Positions 1 through 9,998 of a stretch of DNA of 64,000 nucleotides are shown here, in pieces; within the stretch, counting starts at the first letter, position 1; each line of letters opens with the position of its first letter. The DNA comes from Polyangiales bacterium (GTDB lineage: Bacteria > Myxococcota_A > Polyangia > Polyangiales > Ga0077539), in assembly GCA_044229975.1 (NCBI GenBank), contig JBGARZ010000028.1:33492-97491 (forward strand). Direction: 5' to 3'. Below the pieces are notes generated by a model that saw only the letters and a list, made by a program, of their open reading frames with translations, made no database searches and had not been told where the DNA came from. Both the position numbers and the translations under genes were made by a program.

Positions 1-1
1 C

Positions 2-670
2 TCACGGCTCGCGCTCCGCGCGCAGGCGGTAGCCCAGGCCGCGCACGGTCTCGATCATCCACGCCGCGTCGCCGAGCTTGTCCCGCAGCCGGCTCACATG
101 GACCTCGACGAGGTTCGATCCGGGGTCGAAGCTCGTCTCCCAGACCTGCGCGAGCAGCTCGGAGCGCGAGGTCACCCGGCCCGCGCGGTGGGCCAGGTGC
201 AGCAGCAGCGCGTACTCCTTGGCGGTGAGATCGAGCGACGCGCCTCGCAGCAGCGCGCGCCTCCCCCGTCGGTCGATGTGCAGCTCGCCCAGCCGCACGT
301 CGTAGTGACCGACCGCCCGTCGCAAGAGCGCGCGCACGCGAGCCAGCAGCTCTTCGACCTCGAAGGGCTTCACGAGGTAGTCGTCGGCGCCCGCGTCGAG
401 GCCGAGCACCCGCTCGCGGGTCTCGCCCCGCGCGGTGAGCATGAGGATGGGCGTGGTCACCCCGGCGCGCCGCAGCTCGCGGCAGACGGAGAGGCCGTCG
501 AGGTCGGGCAGCATCCAGTCGAGGGCGATGACGTCGTAGAGGCCGTCCGCGGCCTGGGCGAGGGCGTCGGCGCCGCGGCCGCAGGTGTCGGTCGCGAAGC
601 CCTCCTCGGCAAACACCCGGGCGAGGAAGCGCGCGACCTTCCGGTCATCCTCGACGACGAGCACCTTCAT
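2..670 (-). CDS. OmpR/PhoB-family response regulator
   Basis: Receiver domain (MKVLVVEDD, LDWMLP, GADDYLVKPF) plus winged helix (VEVHVSRLRDKL, IETVRGLGY); start moved to ATG at 670. Confidence 0.95.
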   Translation of the reverse strand: MKVLVVEDDRKVARFLARVFAEEGFATDTCGRGADALAQAADGLYDVIALDWMLPDLDGLSVCRELRRAGVTTPILMLTARGETRERVLGLDAGADDYLVKPFEVEELLARVRALLRRAVGHYDVRLGELHIDRRGRRALLRGASLDLTAKEYALLLHLAHRAGRVTSRSELLAQVWETSFDPGSNLVEVHVSRLRDKLGDAAWMIETVRGLGYRLRAEREP

Positions 671-888
671 CGCGCCGACCTTAGGCCCCTGTTCGAACCA
701 TGCACAGGTGCACCATGCACCTTGCACACGCGCTACGCGCTCCGCGCCGGCTCATCGCGGCAGTGTTGCCGCGCTCCTTCGCCGGTGCGCTCGTACGCGA
801 GTCATCTTCGTGCGCGCCACCCGGCGCGCACCTGCGGCATCCGTGGACGCGCGCGTCGGCCCGGCGTTCGCAGTGCACGCCGACCGTT

Positions 889-1995
889 GTGAAGAACTTG
901 ATCGCACGTCGGTGGCCACGTCGCTTCGCGCTCGCCGCCCTCATGTCCGTGACGGCTGCGTGTGGCAGCGAGGCTGGGTCCATGCACGACACCGTGTGGG
1001 ACGAGGACGCGAGGGGCGGCGGCAACCCCGACATCGTGGGTACCGAGACCGCGACCGAGCGACCCGTCTCGCAGGGCGACGCAGGGCAGGTCTTCCGCAG
1101 CATCGCGGGGCAGTCGTGCGAGCGCGGCCTCATGTGCAACGGCCACTCGTGCTGCGAGACCATCTCCGTCCCGGGTGGAACGCTCCTCTACGGTCGCTCG
1201 GTCGCAGGCGAGGATGCGTACAACGTCCCCAACCCGGAGGAGCTGCCCGAGCACCCGGTGACCATCCCGGGGTTCTATCTCGACCGCTACGAGGTGACGG
1301 TCGGGCGCTTCCGCAAGTTCGTCGAGGGCTGGAGGGGTGCTCCCATTCCGGCCGGCGCGGGCGCCCACCCCGCGGTGCCCGGCAGCGGATGGCAGGCCGA
1401 GTGGAACCGTCAGCTCCCGCCCGACCGCGACGCCTTCGTCGGCGCGCTCCACTGCGCCGGCGGGCTCGAGTCGTGGCACGACGAGGTGGGACCCGACGAC
1501 GCGCGGCCCATCGGTTGTCTCAACTGGTACGAGGCATTCGCGTTCTGCATCTGGGATGGCGGCCGCCTGCCCGTCGAGTCGGAGTGGGAGTACGCCGCGG
1601 CCGGCGGCTCGCAGAACCGCCTGTACCCATGGGGCGCCGAAGAGCCGGACTGCACCCGCGCCCGTCCGGCCGGCAACTGCACGGCGGCCTCGGACATCCT
1701 CGCTCCGGTCGGTACGCGCCCCGCCGGCGCGGGCCTCTGGGGTCACGAAGACTTCGCCGGGGGCGCCATGGAGTGGGTGCTCGACTACTACGAAAACTAC
1801 GAGGTCAACCTGCCCGGCCTGCACGCCCGCCTCGTCCTGCCGTACCGCGCCATGTCGCGGCGCGCGCTGCGCGGTCTGAGCTTCCACGGTGGCGGCGGCG
1901 ACATGCGCAACACCGACCGCGGCAACGCGCTGCCCAGCTCCCGCTACGAGCGCTTCGGCGTCCGCTGCGCGCGCAACGCGGCGCTGACCCCGTAG
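889..1995 (+). CDS. FGE-sulfatase (SUMF1)-domain lipoprotein
   Basis: Motifs FYLDRYEVT, RLPVESEWEYAA, YPWG, GVRCAR; lipobox-like VTAAC; start uncertain, GTG at 889 chosen. Confidence 0.85.
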   Translation: MKNLIARRWPRRFALAALMSVTAACGSEAGSMHDTVWDEDARGGGNPDIVGTETATERPVSQGDAGQVFRSIAGQSCERGLMCNGHSCCETISVPGGTLLYGRSVAGEDAYNVPNPEELPEHPVTIPGFYLDRYEVTVGRFRKFVEGWRGAPIPAGAGAHPAVPGSGWQAEWNRQLPPDRDAFVGALHCAGGLESWHDEVGPDDARPIGCLNWYEAFAFCIWDGGRLPVESEWEYAAAGGSQNRLYPWGAEEPDCTRARPAGNCTAASDILAPVGTRPAGAGLWGHEDFAGGAMEWVLDYYENYEVNLPGLHARLVLPYRAMSRRALRGLSFHGGGGDMRNTDRGNALPSSRYERFGVRCARNAALTP

Positions 1996-2002
1996 CGCGA
2001 CC

Positions 2003-3814
2003 TCAGTTGCAGGTGCTCATGGCGGTGTTGCACGAGCGGCTGCAGCAGTCGGCCGACGCCGAGCAGCTCGCCCCCGCCGCGCGGCACGCGCAGCGCCCGC
2101 TGGTGCAGAGCATCCGTCCGCAGCACTGATTGCTGTCGGTGCACGACACGCCCGCCTCGTAGCAGCACAGCGAGGTGGTGGGCGACGGCCGGTACGAGGT
2201 CCCCGCGCAGCACGACCCGCCGCTGTCGCGGGGGTTGCCCGCGACGTCGCACGCCGACACCACGCAGCTCCCGCCACTGCAGGTCATGCCCGCGCAGCAG
2301 AAGCCGGGCAGCGAGCACGCCTCGCCCGCCACGCCGCAGGTGTCCGAGCGGCACGTCCCCGAGATCACGTCGCTGCACGAGTAGCCGGTGCAGCAGGGCG
2401 TGAAGATGGTGCACGAGCGGCCGTTGCATCCCCCGGCCACGCACGCCCCGCCCGAGCAGACCTGTCCGCCGCCGCATCGCACGTTGCACCCGCCGCAGTT
2501 GGCGGTCGACGCGAGGCTCGACTCGCAGCCGTCGGCGGTGTTGCCGTTGCAGTCGCCGAAGCCCGCATTGCACGCGAGGGTGCAGCCCGACCCGGCGCAC
2601 ACCCCCGTCGCGTTGGTCGCGCCCACGCACGTCGTCGTGGTGCTGGCCGTCCCGCTCGCGTTGCAGATGCTCAGCATCGACGACGAGAGGCACATGGCCG
2701 TCCCCGGCGAGCACACCGTCGTCGTCGAGCACGTCCCCGCGGCGCAGGTCTGGCCCGCCGCGCAGGCCGTCGGCGTGTACCCGAGGCCGTCTGCGTTGCA
2801 GACCTGGCGCGTCGTCGGCCCCGCGCAGGAGAGCTCGCCCGGCGTGCAGAACCACGCGAGGCAGGCGCCCGCCCGGCACGTCGTTCGGGCGGCGCAGGTG
2901 GTCATGGTGAAGGCGGTTCCGTCGCCGTTGCAGGTGCGCACCGACGTCGTCCCGACGCAGTCGGCCGCACCGGGCGTGCAGACCCGGCTGGTGCACACGC
3001 CGCCGGAGCAGGTGGTGCCCGCCGCGCACGGGGTCGCGGTGTAGTCGAGGCCGCTCGCGTTGCAGACCTGGCGTGCGCTCGACGAGGCGCAGCTCGCCGC
3101 GCCGGGCGTACACACCCGCGCCCGACAGATGCCGCCCGAGCAGGTGGTGCCGGTCGCGCAGACCGTCTCCGTCCACGCGCTGCCGCGGGCGTCGCAGGTG
3201 CGGGCGCGGGTGGCGTCGATGCACTCGGCCGTGGAGGGCGGGCATGCCTGCGCGCGGCACGTCGCGTCGGCGCCGCACGCCTGCCCCATCGGACAGTCGA
3301 CGTTGGTGAGGCAGTCGACGCAGTAGCCGCGGACGGCGTCGCACACCTGCCCGCTGCACATGCGCGACGACGCGCACGGGGTCACCGTCGTGCAGCGCCC
3401 GCCCACGCACATGCGCCCGGCGTCACCGCAATCAGTCGCCGCGAGGCACTCGACACACAGCCCCTGCGCGCGGTCGCACAGTCGTCCGACGGGGCACTCG
3501 CGGTCGTTGCGACAGCCGGCGCCCGCGTCGCCGACGTCGACGGTCCCCCGGTCGGACGCGACGACCGTGTCCGTGCTCGGCGTGTCGATCACGGTGACGG
3601 GACGATCGATGGCCGCCGCGACGTCGGGCTGATCGAGGGTGGGCACGTCATCGTCGGTGAAGACGTCGGGGTCGGCGGAGACGTCGAGGGGACCAGCGTC
3701 GACGGGGAGGTCACCGCCGGTGCTGCGCGGGGCGCAGGCCAGCGCGAGGGAGCCTACGGTGAACAGCATCGCCGAGAGGCGCGGCAGGGTCGTCGTCTTC
3801 ACGGCGAGCACCAT
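2003..3814 (-). CDS. Cys-rich repeat surface lipoprotein
   Basis: LALAC lipobox, acidic D-rich linker, tandem CTPG...CN..G...C...C.GG.C repeats; true start may be GTG at 3802. Confidence 0.8.
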   Translation of the reverse strand: MVLAVKTTTLPRLSAMLFTVGSLALACAPRSTGGDLPVDAGPLDVSADPDVFTDDDVPTLDQPDVAAAIDRPVTVIDTPSTDTVVASDRGTVDVGDAGAGCRNDRECPVGRLCDRAQGLCVECLAATDCGDAGRMCVGGRCTTVTPCASSRMCSGQVCDAVRGYCVDCLTNVDCPMGQACGADATCRAQACPPSTAECIDATRARTCDARGSAWTETVCATGTTCSGGICRARVCTPGAASCASSSARQVCNASGLDYTATPCAAGTTCSGGVCTSRVCTPGAADCVGTTSVRTCNGDGTAFTMTTCAARTTCRAGACLAWFCTPGELSCAGPTTRQVCNADGLGYTPTACAAGQTCAAGTCSTTTVCSPGTAMCLSSSMLSICNASGTASTTTTCVGATNATGVCAGSGCTLACNAGFGDCNGNTADGCESSLASTANCGGCNVRCGGGQVCSGGACVAGGCNGRSCTIFTPCCTGYSCSDVISGTCRSDTCGVAGEACSLPGFCCAGMTCSGGSCVVSACDVAGNPRDSGGSCCAGTSYRPSPTTSLCCYEAGVSCTDSNQCCGRMLCTSGRCACRAAGASCSASADCCSRSCNTAMSTCN

Positions 3815-3866
3815 AGTCCGATCGCGCGTTGCATCGCCATGAAGCGGCCACGGTGATTGGAGTCCC

Positions 3867-3882
3867 TGGCACGGGCCCTGCT
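3867..3882 (+). promoter_or_regulatory. Candidate sigma-54 promoter
   Basis: TGGCACGGGCCCTGCT has GG-N10-GC spacing and is close to the TGGCACG-N4-TTGC consensus; intergenic, upstream of the 4024 gene. Confidence 0.5.
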
Positions 3883-4023
3883 CAACGATTGGTCACACGC
3901 CTGCGGGCGGGACGCAGGTCGCGTCCTCATCGCGCGCAGCACGTGAGGTGGGCGGCGCCGGGGCGGTGATTCGTGCGTGTTGCGCGGGTGCCTCGGTGCG
4001 CGCGGTTCGAAGCGAGGTCAGTC

Positions 4024-4602
4024 ATGACGATGCGACACGTTCGAGGCAGTGGTCTTCTCCGTCTGGGCGCGCTCGCGCTCTTCGCCGCCGCGGCCCTGCC
4101 GGCCTGCGGTGCGAGCGTGGGCGGCTCACCCAACACCGCGGTCGTCGACGGCGGCGGGGCCGATCGTCCCTCCACCCCGCCCACCAACACCGGCGGCTGC
4201 CCGGCGCTGTGCGCGCACCTCCGCGCGGCCGCGTGCGGCGCCTTCAACGAGCAGTGCGTCGCGGCCTGTCAGCAGCTCGCATCGCAGGTTCCGGCGGAGT
4301 GCCGCGCGCGCTTCGATGCGTTCGTCACCTGCGGCGCGACGGGGACCATCACCTGCGCCTCCGACGGCCCCGAGATCGGCGGCTGCGACGCCCAGTCGCG
4401 CGCCCTGGAGCAGTGCGGCGACGAGCCTCCCAGCACCGACCAGTGCCTCCCCGACTCGTCGATTCCGACCGACATCGCGGCGCAGATCTGCGTGAGCGTC
4501 CCGGCGACCCCGGTTCCCCACGACTGCCCCGGCGGCGCGCCGTCGGCGGGGTGCGTCCCGTCGCCCGGCGGCGAGGCCAACGTGTTCTGCTGCCCGCGCT
4601 GA
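4024..4602 (+). CDS. Cys-rich lipoprotein, unknown function
   Basis: Signal peptide ending LPAC; CxxxC helical motifs; ends FCCP. Confidence 0.75.
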   Translation: MTMRHVRGSGLLRLGALALFAAAALPACGASVGGSPNTAVVDGGGADRPSTPPTNTGGCPALCAHLRAAACGAFNEQCVAACQQLASQVPAECRARFDAFVTCGATGTITCASDGPEIGGCDAQSRALEQCGDEPPSTDQCLPDSSIPTDIAAQICVSVPATPVPHDCPGGAPSAGCVPSPGGEANVFCCPR

Positions 4603-4705
4603 CCCTCGACGGACGACTCGCGCCACGGTCGCGCGGGTTGCGCCGATCCTGCTCCATCCGTCTCGCCGCTTGCGCTGCCACCGCCACGACGTAGCGTCGA
4701 CCGCG

Positions 4706-5563
4706 GTGCCTCGCTCGACCTCGCCTTCCATTCCCCTCGTCATCGCGACGGTGCTCGTCGCGCTCCCGCTCACGGCGCAGCCGCGCGCCCCGCGGCCGTC
4801 GACGCCGCCGCCCCTCGATCGCGTGCTCGTGCCTGCTGGCGCTTTCATCATGGGCACCGACACCGACGGCGAGCCCGACGAGCGACCGCGGCACACCCGC
4901 ACGCTGCCCGCGTTTCGCATCGACCGCACGGAGGTGTCCCGCGAGGACTGGTCGCGCTGCGTGCGCGCGGGTCGCTGCCAGGACGCGTGGGCCCGCGCGA
5001 CGTGGACCGACCGGCGGGCGCCGGTGACATCGGTGACGTGGTTCATGGCGCGGGACTACTGCCGCTGGGCGGGCGGTCGTCTGCCCTCCGAGGCCGAGTG
5101 GGAGAAGGCCGCGCGCGGGACCGACGGGCGCACCTTCCCCTGGGGCGCCGACCCGCCGACGCCCGCCCGCGCGGTGTACGGCCAGCGCATGAACGTCGGC
5201 CAGCCCGCGGCCGTGGGCACCCACCCGGCGGGTGCATCGCCCGTCGGCGCGCTCGACATGGCGGGCAACGTCTGGGAGTGGACCGCCACCGTCTACGATC
5301 CGTACGGCTATCGCACGCCGACGAGGGAGGCGACGTGCGAGACGGCGCTCGCGGCGTACGCCGATCTCCAGCGGCGCAACCTGTGGGCCTTCACCGGGTC
5401 GATGGGCATTCCCCACAACTGCCAGCAGGTGCTCCGCGGCGGCGCGTGGAACTACCAGGCCGCCGGTCTACGCGTGACCAACCGCGTGCACCACGAGCCG
5501 ACCGGGCGCTACCCCGTGAGCGGGTTTCGCTGCGCGGATGACTCGGTGGGTACAGGCGGCTAG
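4706..5563 (+). CDS. FGE-sulfatase (SUMF1)-domain secreted protein
   Basis: VPAGAFIMG, RLPSEAEWEKAARG, DMAGNVWEW, RGGAW, GFRCA; start uncertain. Confidence 0.9.
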   Translation: MPRSTSPSIPLVIATVLVALPLTAQPRAPRPSTPPPLDRVLVPAGAFIMGTDTDGEPDERPRHTRTLPAFRIDRTEVSREDWSRCVRAGRCQDAWARATWTDRRAPVTSVTWFMARDYCRWAGGRLPSEAEWEKAARGTDGRTFPWGADPPTPARAVYGQRMNVGQPAAVGTHPAGASPVGALDMAGNVWEWTATVYDPYGYRTPTREATCETALAAYADLQRRNLWAFTGSMGIPHNCQQVLRGGAWNYQAAGLRVTNRVHHEPTGRYPVSGFRCADDSVGTGG

Positions 5564-5847
5564 ACGTCCTTCACCACCACGCCCTTCCAGAACGCCACGC
5601 GCCCCGTGATCTGCTTCGCGGCGTCCTTGGGCGTCGGGTAGAACCACGCCGCGTCCGCGTTGGTCTTTCCCCCCGCCACGACGTTGAAGTAGCTCGCGGT
5701 GCCCTTCCACCCGCAGACCGTGTGCGTCGCGCTCGGCGTGAAGTGCTCGCGTCGCAGCGCCGCTTCGGGGAAGTACGCGTTGCCCTCGACCACCACGATG
5801 TCGTCGGACTCGGCCAGGACGGTCCCGTTCCACTCGGCTCGCTTCAT
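5560..5847 (-). CDS. DUF427 protein
   Basis: AEWNGTVLAESD, VEGNAYFP, CGWKGTASY, AAWFYPTP, VAFWKGV; AAGGAGA RBS upstream. Confidence 0.9.
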   Translation of the reverse strand: MKRAEWNGTVLAESDDIVVVEGNAYFPEAALRREHFTPSATHTVCGWKGTASYFNVVAGGKTNADAAWFYPTPKDAAKQITGRVAFWKGVVVKDV

Positions 5848-5863
5848 CAATCGTCTCCTTCGC

Positions 5864-7564
5864 TCAGCCATGGACGGCGTCGCCGAGCTCGGCGATCGCC
5901 TTGTGCACCAGTTGGATGCAGATCGACCCCTCGCCGACCGCCGACGCCACGCGCTTCACGCTGTTGGCACGCACATCACCCACCGCGAACACCCCCGGCA
6001 GGCTCGTCTCCATCAGGTACGGCCGTCGCGCGAGCGGCCAACCGAGCGCCTTCGCATCGCCCAGGTCGTCGCCCGTCCGCACGAACTCCTTGTCGTCGAG
6101 CGCCACGCACCCGCGCAGCCACGCCGTGTTGGCCATCGCGCCCGTCATCAGGAAGACGTGCCGCGTCGCCCGCGTGACCCGCTCGCCGCTGCGCGCGTCG
6201 TGCAGCGTCACCCGCTCCAGCCGTCCATCCCCTTCGAGCGCCTCGACGGTCGTGCGCGTGAGGAGCTCGACGTTGGACGCCTCCTCGATGCGCCGGATGA
6301 GGTAGCGCGACATGCTCTCGGCCAGCCCCGGGCCCCGCACCAGAACGCTCACCCGCGCCGCCGTGCGCGACAGGAACATCGCGGCTTGCCCCGCGGAGTT
6401 GCCGCCCCCGACGACGATGACCTCCTCGCGACCGCAGAGCTGCGCCTCGACGTGCGTGGCGCCGTAGTACACGCCGACGCCCTCGAAGCGGGCGAGGTCG
6501 GGCAGCTCGGGCTTGCGGTACTGCGCGCCCGTGGCGACGACCACGGCGCGGGCCCGCACGGACTCGCCGCCGGAGAGCGTGAGGCGGTACGGGCGATGGG
6601 TGCAGTCGATCTCCACCACGTCGCGCGCGACGGTGAAGCGCGCGCCGAACTTCTCCGCCTGCAAGAGCGCGCGAGACGCGAGCGCCTGCCCCGAGATGCC
6701 CGTCGGGAAGCCCAGGTAGTTCTCGATGTGGGAGCTCGACCCGGCCTGTCCCCCGGGCGCGTGGGACTCCACCACGAGCACGTCGAGGCCCTCGGAGGCG
6801 GCGTACACCGCGGCCGCGAGTCCCGCTGGGCCTGCGCCCACGACCACCACGTCGCGCACCATGTCGGGGTCGAGCGGCGCGTTGAGCCCGAGGCAGTCGG
6901 CGACCTCGGCGTTGGTCGGTCGCTTGAGCACACGCTCGCCGCGGCAGATGAGGACGGGGATGTCGTCCGCGCCGACGTCGAAGGCGCTGAGCAGCGTCTT
7001 GATGTTGGGGTCGGTGTCGAGGTCCAGGTACGTGTGCGGGTGCCCGTTGCGGGTCAGGAACTCATGCACCCGCAGCGAGTCCGCCGAGCGCCGCGACCCG
7101 ACGAGCACCACGTCGCCCTGGTGATGCGCGATGAGCCCCGTGCGCCTCAGGATGAACGCCCGCAAGAACACCTCCGACAGCTCGCTGTCGGTCTGCACCA
7201 GCGAGAGCAGTCGCTCGCGCGGCACCTCCAACAGCACGCAGTCGGTCTCCGCGCGCCCGGCCACCAGCGTGCGGTGTCCCGCGATGAGGCTCACCTCGCC
7301 GGTGAACTGACCCGCCTCGTGGACGGTGATGATCTCCTCCTCGCACGACGGCGGCTGCGGCGGACGGGTCACCGCGAGGCGCCCTTCGCACACGACGTAG
7401 AGGTTTACGTCGCGCTGCGCCTGCTCCCAGACCGTCTCTCCGGCCGCGACGTGTCGCCGGGTGCCGACCGCTGCGAGTCGCGCGACTTGCCCCGCCGTGA
7501 GCTTCGGAAACATCTGTCCCTGCCGCGCGTCGATGGCGGCGGTGTCTTCGGTCGTGTCGCTCAC
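5864..7564 (-). CDS. cNMP-binding domain + thioredoxin reductase-like FAD/NAD(P)H oxidoreductase
   Basis: N-terminal CAP-like domain (GQFTGE), GAGPAG, VVGGGNSAGQAA, GDVRANSVKRVASAVGEG; GTG start overlaps the upstream stop. Confidence 0.9.
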   Translation of the reverse strand: MSDTTEDTAAIDARQGQMFPKLTAGQVARLAAVGTRRHVAAGETVWEQAQRDVNLYVVCEGRLAVTRPPQPPSCEEEIITVHEAGQFTGEVSLIAGHRTLVAGRAETDCVLLEVPRERLLSLVQTDSELSEVFLRAFILRRTGLIAHHQGDVVLVGSRRSADSLRVHEFLTRNGHPHTYLDLDTDPNIKTLLSAFDVGADDIPVLICRGERVLKRPTNAEVADCLGLNAPLDPDMVRDVVVVGAGPAGLAAAVYAASEGLDVLVVESHAPGGQAGSSSHIENYLGFPTGISGQALASRALLQAEKFGARFTVARDVVEIDCTHRPYRLTLSGGESVRARAVVVATGAQYRKPELPDLARFEGVGVYYGATHVEAQLCGREEVIVVGGGNSAGQAAMFLSRTAARVSVLVRGPGLAESMSRYLIRRIEEASNVELLTRTTVEALEGDGRLERVTLHDARSGERVTRATRHVFLMTGAMANTAWLRGCVALDDKEFVRTGDDLGDAKALGWPLARRPYLMETSLPGVFAVGDVRANSVKRVASAVGEGSICIQLVHKAIAELGDAVHG

Positions 7565-7854
7565 GCCGAGAGCACCGCCTCGTCGACGTAGCAGTAGGCC
7601 CAGGTCTCGCCGACCTCCGCGGAGGTGACGACGGGGTGCTTCGTGGCGTGGAAGTGCCTGGTGGCGTGCTGGTTGGGCGACGAGTCGCAGCAGCCGACGT
7701 GGTTGCACGTGAGGCAGTAGCGAAGGTGCACCCAGCGGGCTCCCACCTTGAGGCACTCCTCGCAGCCCGCGGCGGGGCGCTGGACGTGGCGCACCGTGGT
7801 CTCGGCGACGTGCTCGCAGGGGTTGGAGAGGTCGATGCGGTCGCGGTTGCTCAT
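7561..7854 (-). CDS. UBP-type zinc finger protein
   Basis: CEH, GCEECL, WVHLRYCLTCNHVGCCDSS, HATRH, WAYCYVD. Confidence 0.9.
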   Translation of the reverse strand: MSNRDRIDLSNPCEHVAETTVRHVQRPAAGCEECLKVGARWVHLRYCLTCNHVGCCDSSPNQHATRHFHATKHPVVTSAEVGETWAYCYVDEAVLSA

Positions 7855-7958
7855 GCGGACACCATTGGGGTTGCAGGGAGGAGGAGGGCAGGGCTCACCA
7901 GTCCTATACCGACAACGGCGCTTTCGGGCGTCTCCCTCGAAGGCGTAACGTCCTTTCC

Positions 7959-9998
7959 ATGGCGACCTCGACGACCCGCTGGAGCCTGCTGCTCGGGTCC
8001 GCGCTGACGGCGTGCAGCGCGACACCCGAAGACTGCACCGAGCCCGCGGGGTGCGTCGTCCCGGTCGACGGTGATGCCGCTGCTCCCGATGCGGGTGTCT
8101 CCTCGGGCTGGGACGTCCTCGCGCTCGACCGCAACACGGCGCGCCCGTCGGAGCTCGTCGCGCTCGAGCTCGCGCCCGTCGACCCGGTCATCGAGGTCAC
8201 CGACACCGCGCGCCCGACCGTCACCTTCCGCGCCCGCGGGACGCAGCGCGACGGCCTCTCGCGCGCCCTCACCACGGGCGTTCGCTTCTCCCTCGACGAC
8301 ACCAGCCTCGGCGCCCTCGACATGTCCACCGGGGTCTTCACGCCGAGCGGGGTTGCGGGCGTCGGCCGCGTGCGCCTCGCCACCGTCGACGGCAGCGCGC
8401 TCACGGCCGAGACCAACCTCACCGTCATCGTGCGCCGCTCCTTCCGCGGTCCCGGCGTGACCGACGCGATGGTCGCCACCCTCACCGGCGCTGCGCTCAC
8501 GGGCGAGGGGACGGCGCAGTCGCCGCTCGTCGACTATCCCCTTCAAGGGGCGGTGATGCCTCGCAACGTCTTTCCGCCCGACTTCCAGTGGACGCCGCGG
8601 CACCCAGGCGCGGCCGCCACGGACGTCTACCGCGTGCGCCTGGAGCGAACGCATGCCACCGTCGACGCCTACTTCGTCGCGGCCGCGGGCTTCCGTCACC
8701 AGTGGGTCCCCGAGGCGACGCTGTGGTCGGACTTCGCGCAGTCGGACGTCGGCTCGCCGGTGCGGCTCACGGTGCGGGTGCTCGCGCGCTCGATGGCGTG
8801 GCAGAGCGCGGCGCGGGAGTTTCGCACCGTCGACGCCTTCATCGCGGGATCGGTGTACTCGTGGTCGCCGTCGCGCATGGCGCTCACCCGACTCGACGTC
8901 GACTCGGCGCGCGTCACCAACTTCCTCCCCAACCCCGGCGACACCTGCATCGGTTGCCACTCGGTCTCGCGCGATGGCCAGCGCCTGTCGGGCTTCCTCG
9001 AAGGCAGCGGAGAAAACCTCGCCCTCTACGACCTCTCCCGCGACCTCACCGGAAGCCCCGCGCCGACGATCGCGCGCCTCCGCTACACCGTCCGCCGGTG
9101 CACCTCCTTCAACGCCGACGGCAGTCGCCTGGTGAGCGGCGATTGCGGCGCCAACCCGACCACCAACCGCTTCTCCCTCATCGACGCGATGACCGGCATG
9201 GAGGTCGCGGCAGCATCAGGATCACCCGGCGACGGCTTCGACCCCGAGTGGTCTCCCGACGGGACGGCCATCGCGTTTACCGACCGCACCAACAACCTCA
9301 ACGTCACGCCCGCGATGGGCGGCGATCGCTTCGGTGCTGCGGCCGTCATCCACCGCGCGAGCAGCTCGCCCGACGGCGCTGTCGATTGGCACCCGACGTG
9401 GACGCCCGACAGCCGCTGGATCGTCTACCAGCACGGCGACTCCCGCCGCTCGGGCGTGGCGATGGACGGCAGCGGCGTACGCGGGAACCTTTGGATGGTT
9501 CCGCGCGCGGGAGGGACGGCGGTGGCGCTGCGTCAGGCCAACTTCGGCGGCAATGGCTTTGACACCTGGCGGCCGATCTTCTCGCCCTTCGACTCGGGCG
9601 GTTACTTCTGGGTGCTCTTCACGACGGCCCGCCCGTACGGCAACACGCTCGCCGGAACGCGCAACCTCAAGCAGATCTGGGTCGCCGCGATCAACCGTCG
9701 TCCCGACGGCACCACCGACCCGTCGCAGGTCGGCTTCTACCTCTCCGGCCAGGAGCGCGTGAACTCCCTCTCGCCCTACTGGACCCCCGCGCCGTGTCGC
9801 CCGACGGGCCGCGGCTGCCAGACCGGCGCGGACTGCTGCACGGGCGTCTGCGAGCCCGACACGGCGGGCATGCGGGTGTGCGTTCCGCCGACGATGGCGT
9901 GCCGTCCGCGCGGTCAGATGTGCGAGCGCGACAGCGACTGCTGCATGGGCCTCGCGTGCAGCGCCGCCCGCATCTGCGACACGCCCTCACCGGGCTGA
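7959..9998 (+). CDS. TolB-like/PD40 beta-propeller lipoprotein with Cys-rich tail
   Basis: LTAC lipobox; PEWSPDG, PTWTPDS and PIFSP repeats; CIGCH; C-terminal CC knottin-like repeats. Confidence 0.8.
   Translation: MATSTTRWSLLLGSALTACSATPEDCTEPAGCVVPVDGDAAAPDAGVSSGWDVLALDRNTARPSELVALELAPVDPVIEVTDTARPTVTFRARGTQRDGLSRALTTGVRFSLDDTSLGALDMSTGVFTPSGVAGVGRVRLATVDGSALTAETNLTVIVRRSFRGPGVTDAMVATLTGAALTGEGTAQSPLVDYPLQGAVMPRNVFPPDFQWTPRHPGAAATDVYRVRLERTHATVDAYFVAAAGFRHQWVPEATLWSDFAQSDVGSPVRLTVRVLARSMAWQSAAREFRTVDAFIAGSVYSWSPSRMALTRLDVDSARVTNFLPNPGDTCIGCHSVSRDGQRLSGFLEGSGENLALYDLSRDLTGSPAPTIARLRYTVRRCTSFNADGSRLVSGDCGANPTTNRFSLIDAMTGMEVAAASGSPGDGFDPEWSPDGTAIAFTDRTNNLNVTPAMGGDRFGAAAVIHRASSSPDGAVDWHPTWTPDSRWIVYQHGDSRRSGVAMDGSGVRGNLWMVPRAGGTAVALRQANFGGNGFDTWRPIFSPFDSGGYFWVLFTTARPYGNTLAGTRNLKQIWVAAINRRPDGTTDPSQVGFYLSGQERVNSLSPYWTPAPCRPTGRGCQTGADCCTGVCEPDTAGMRVCVPPTMACRPRGQMCERDSDCCMGLACSAARICDTPSPG

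Noticed and set aside
889..5563. Possible diversity-generating retroelement targets (FGE/CLec fold)
   Set aside because: No reverse transcriptase and no template/variable repeat pair differing at adenines was seen in the window.
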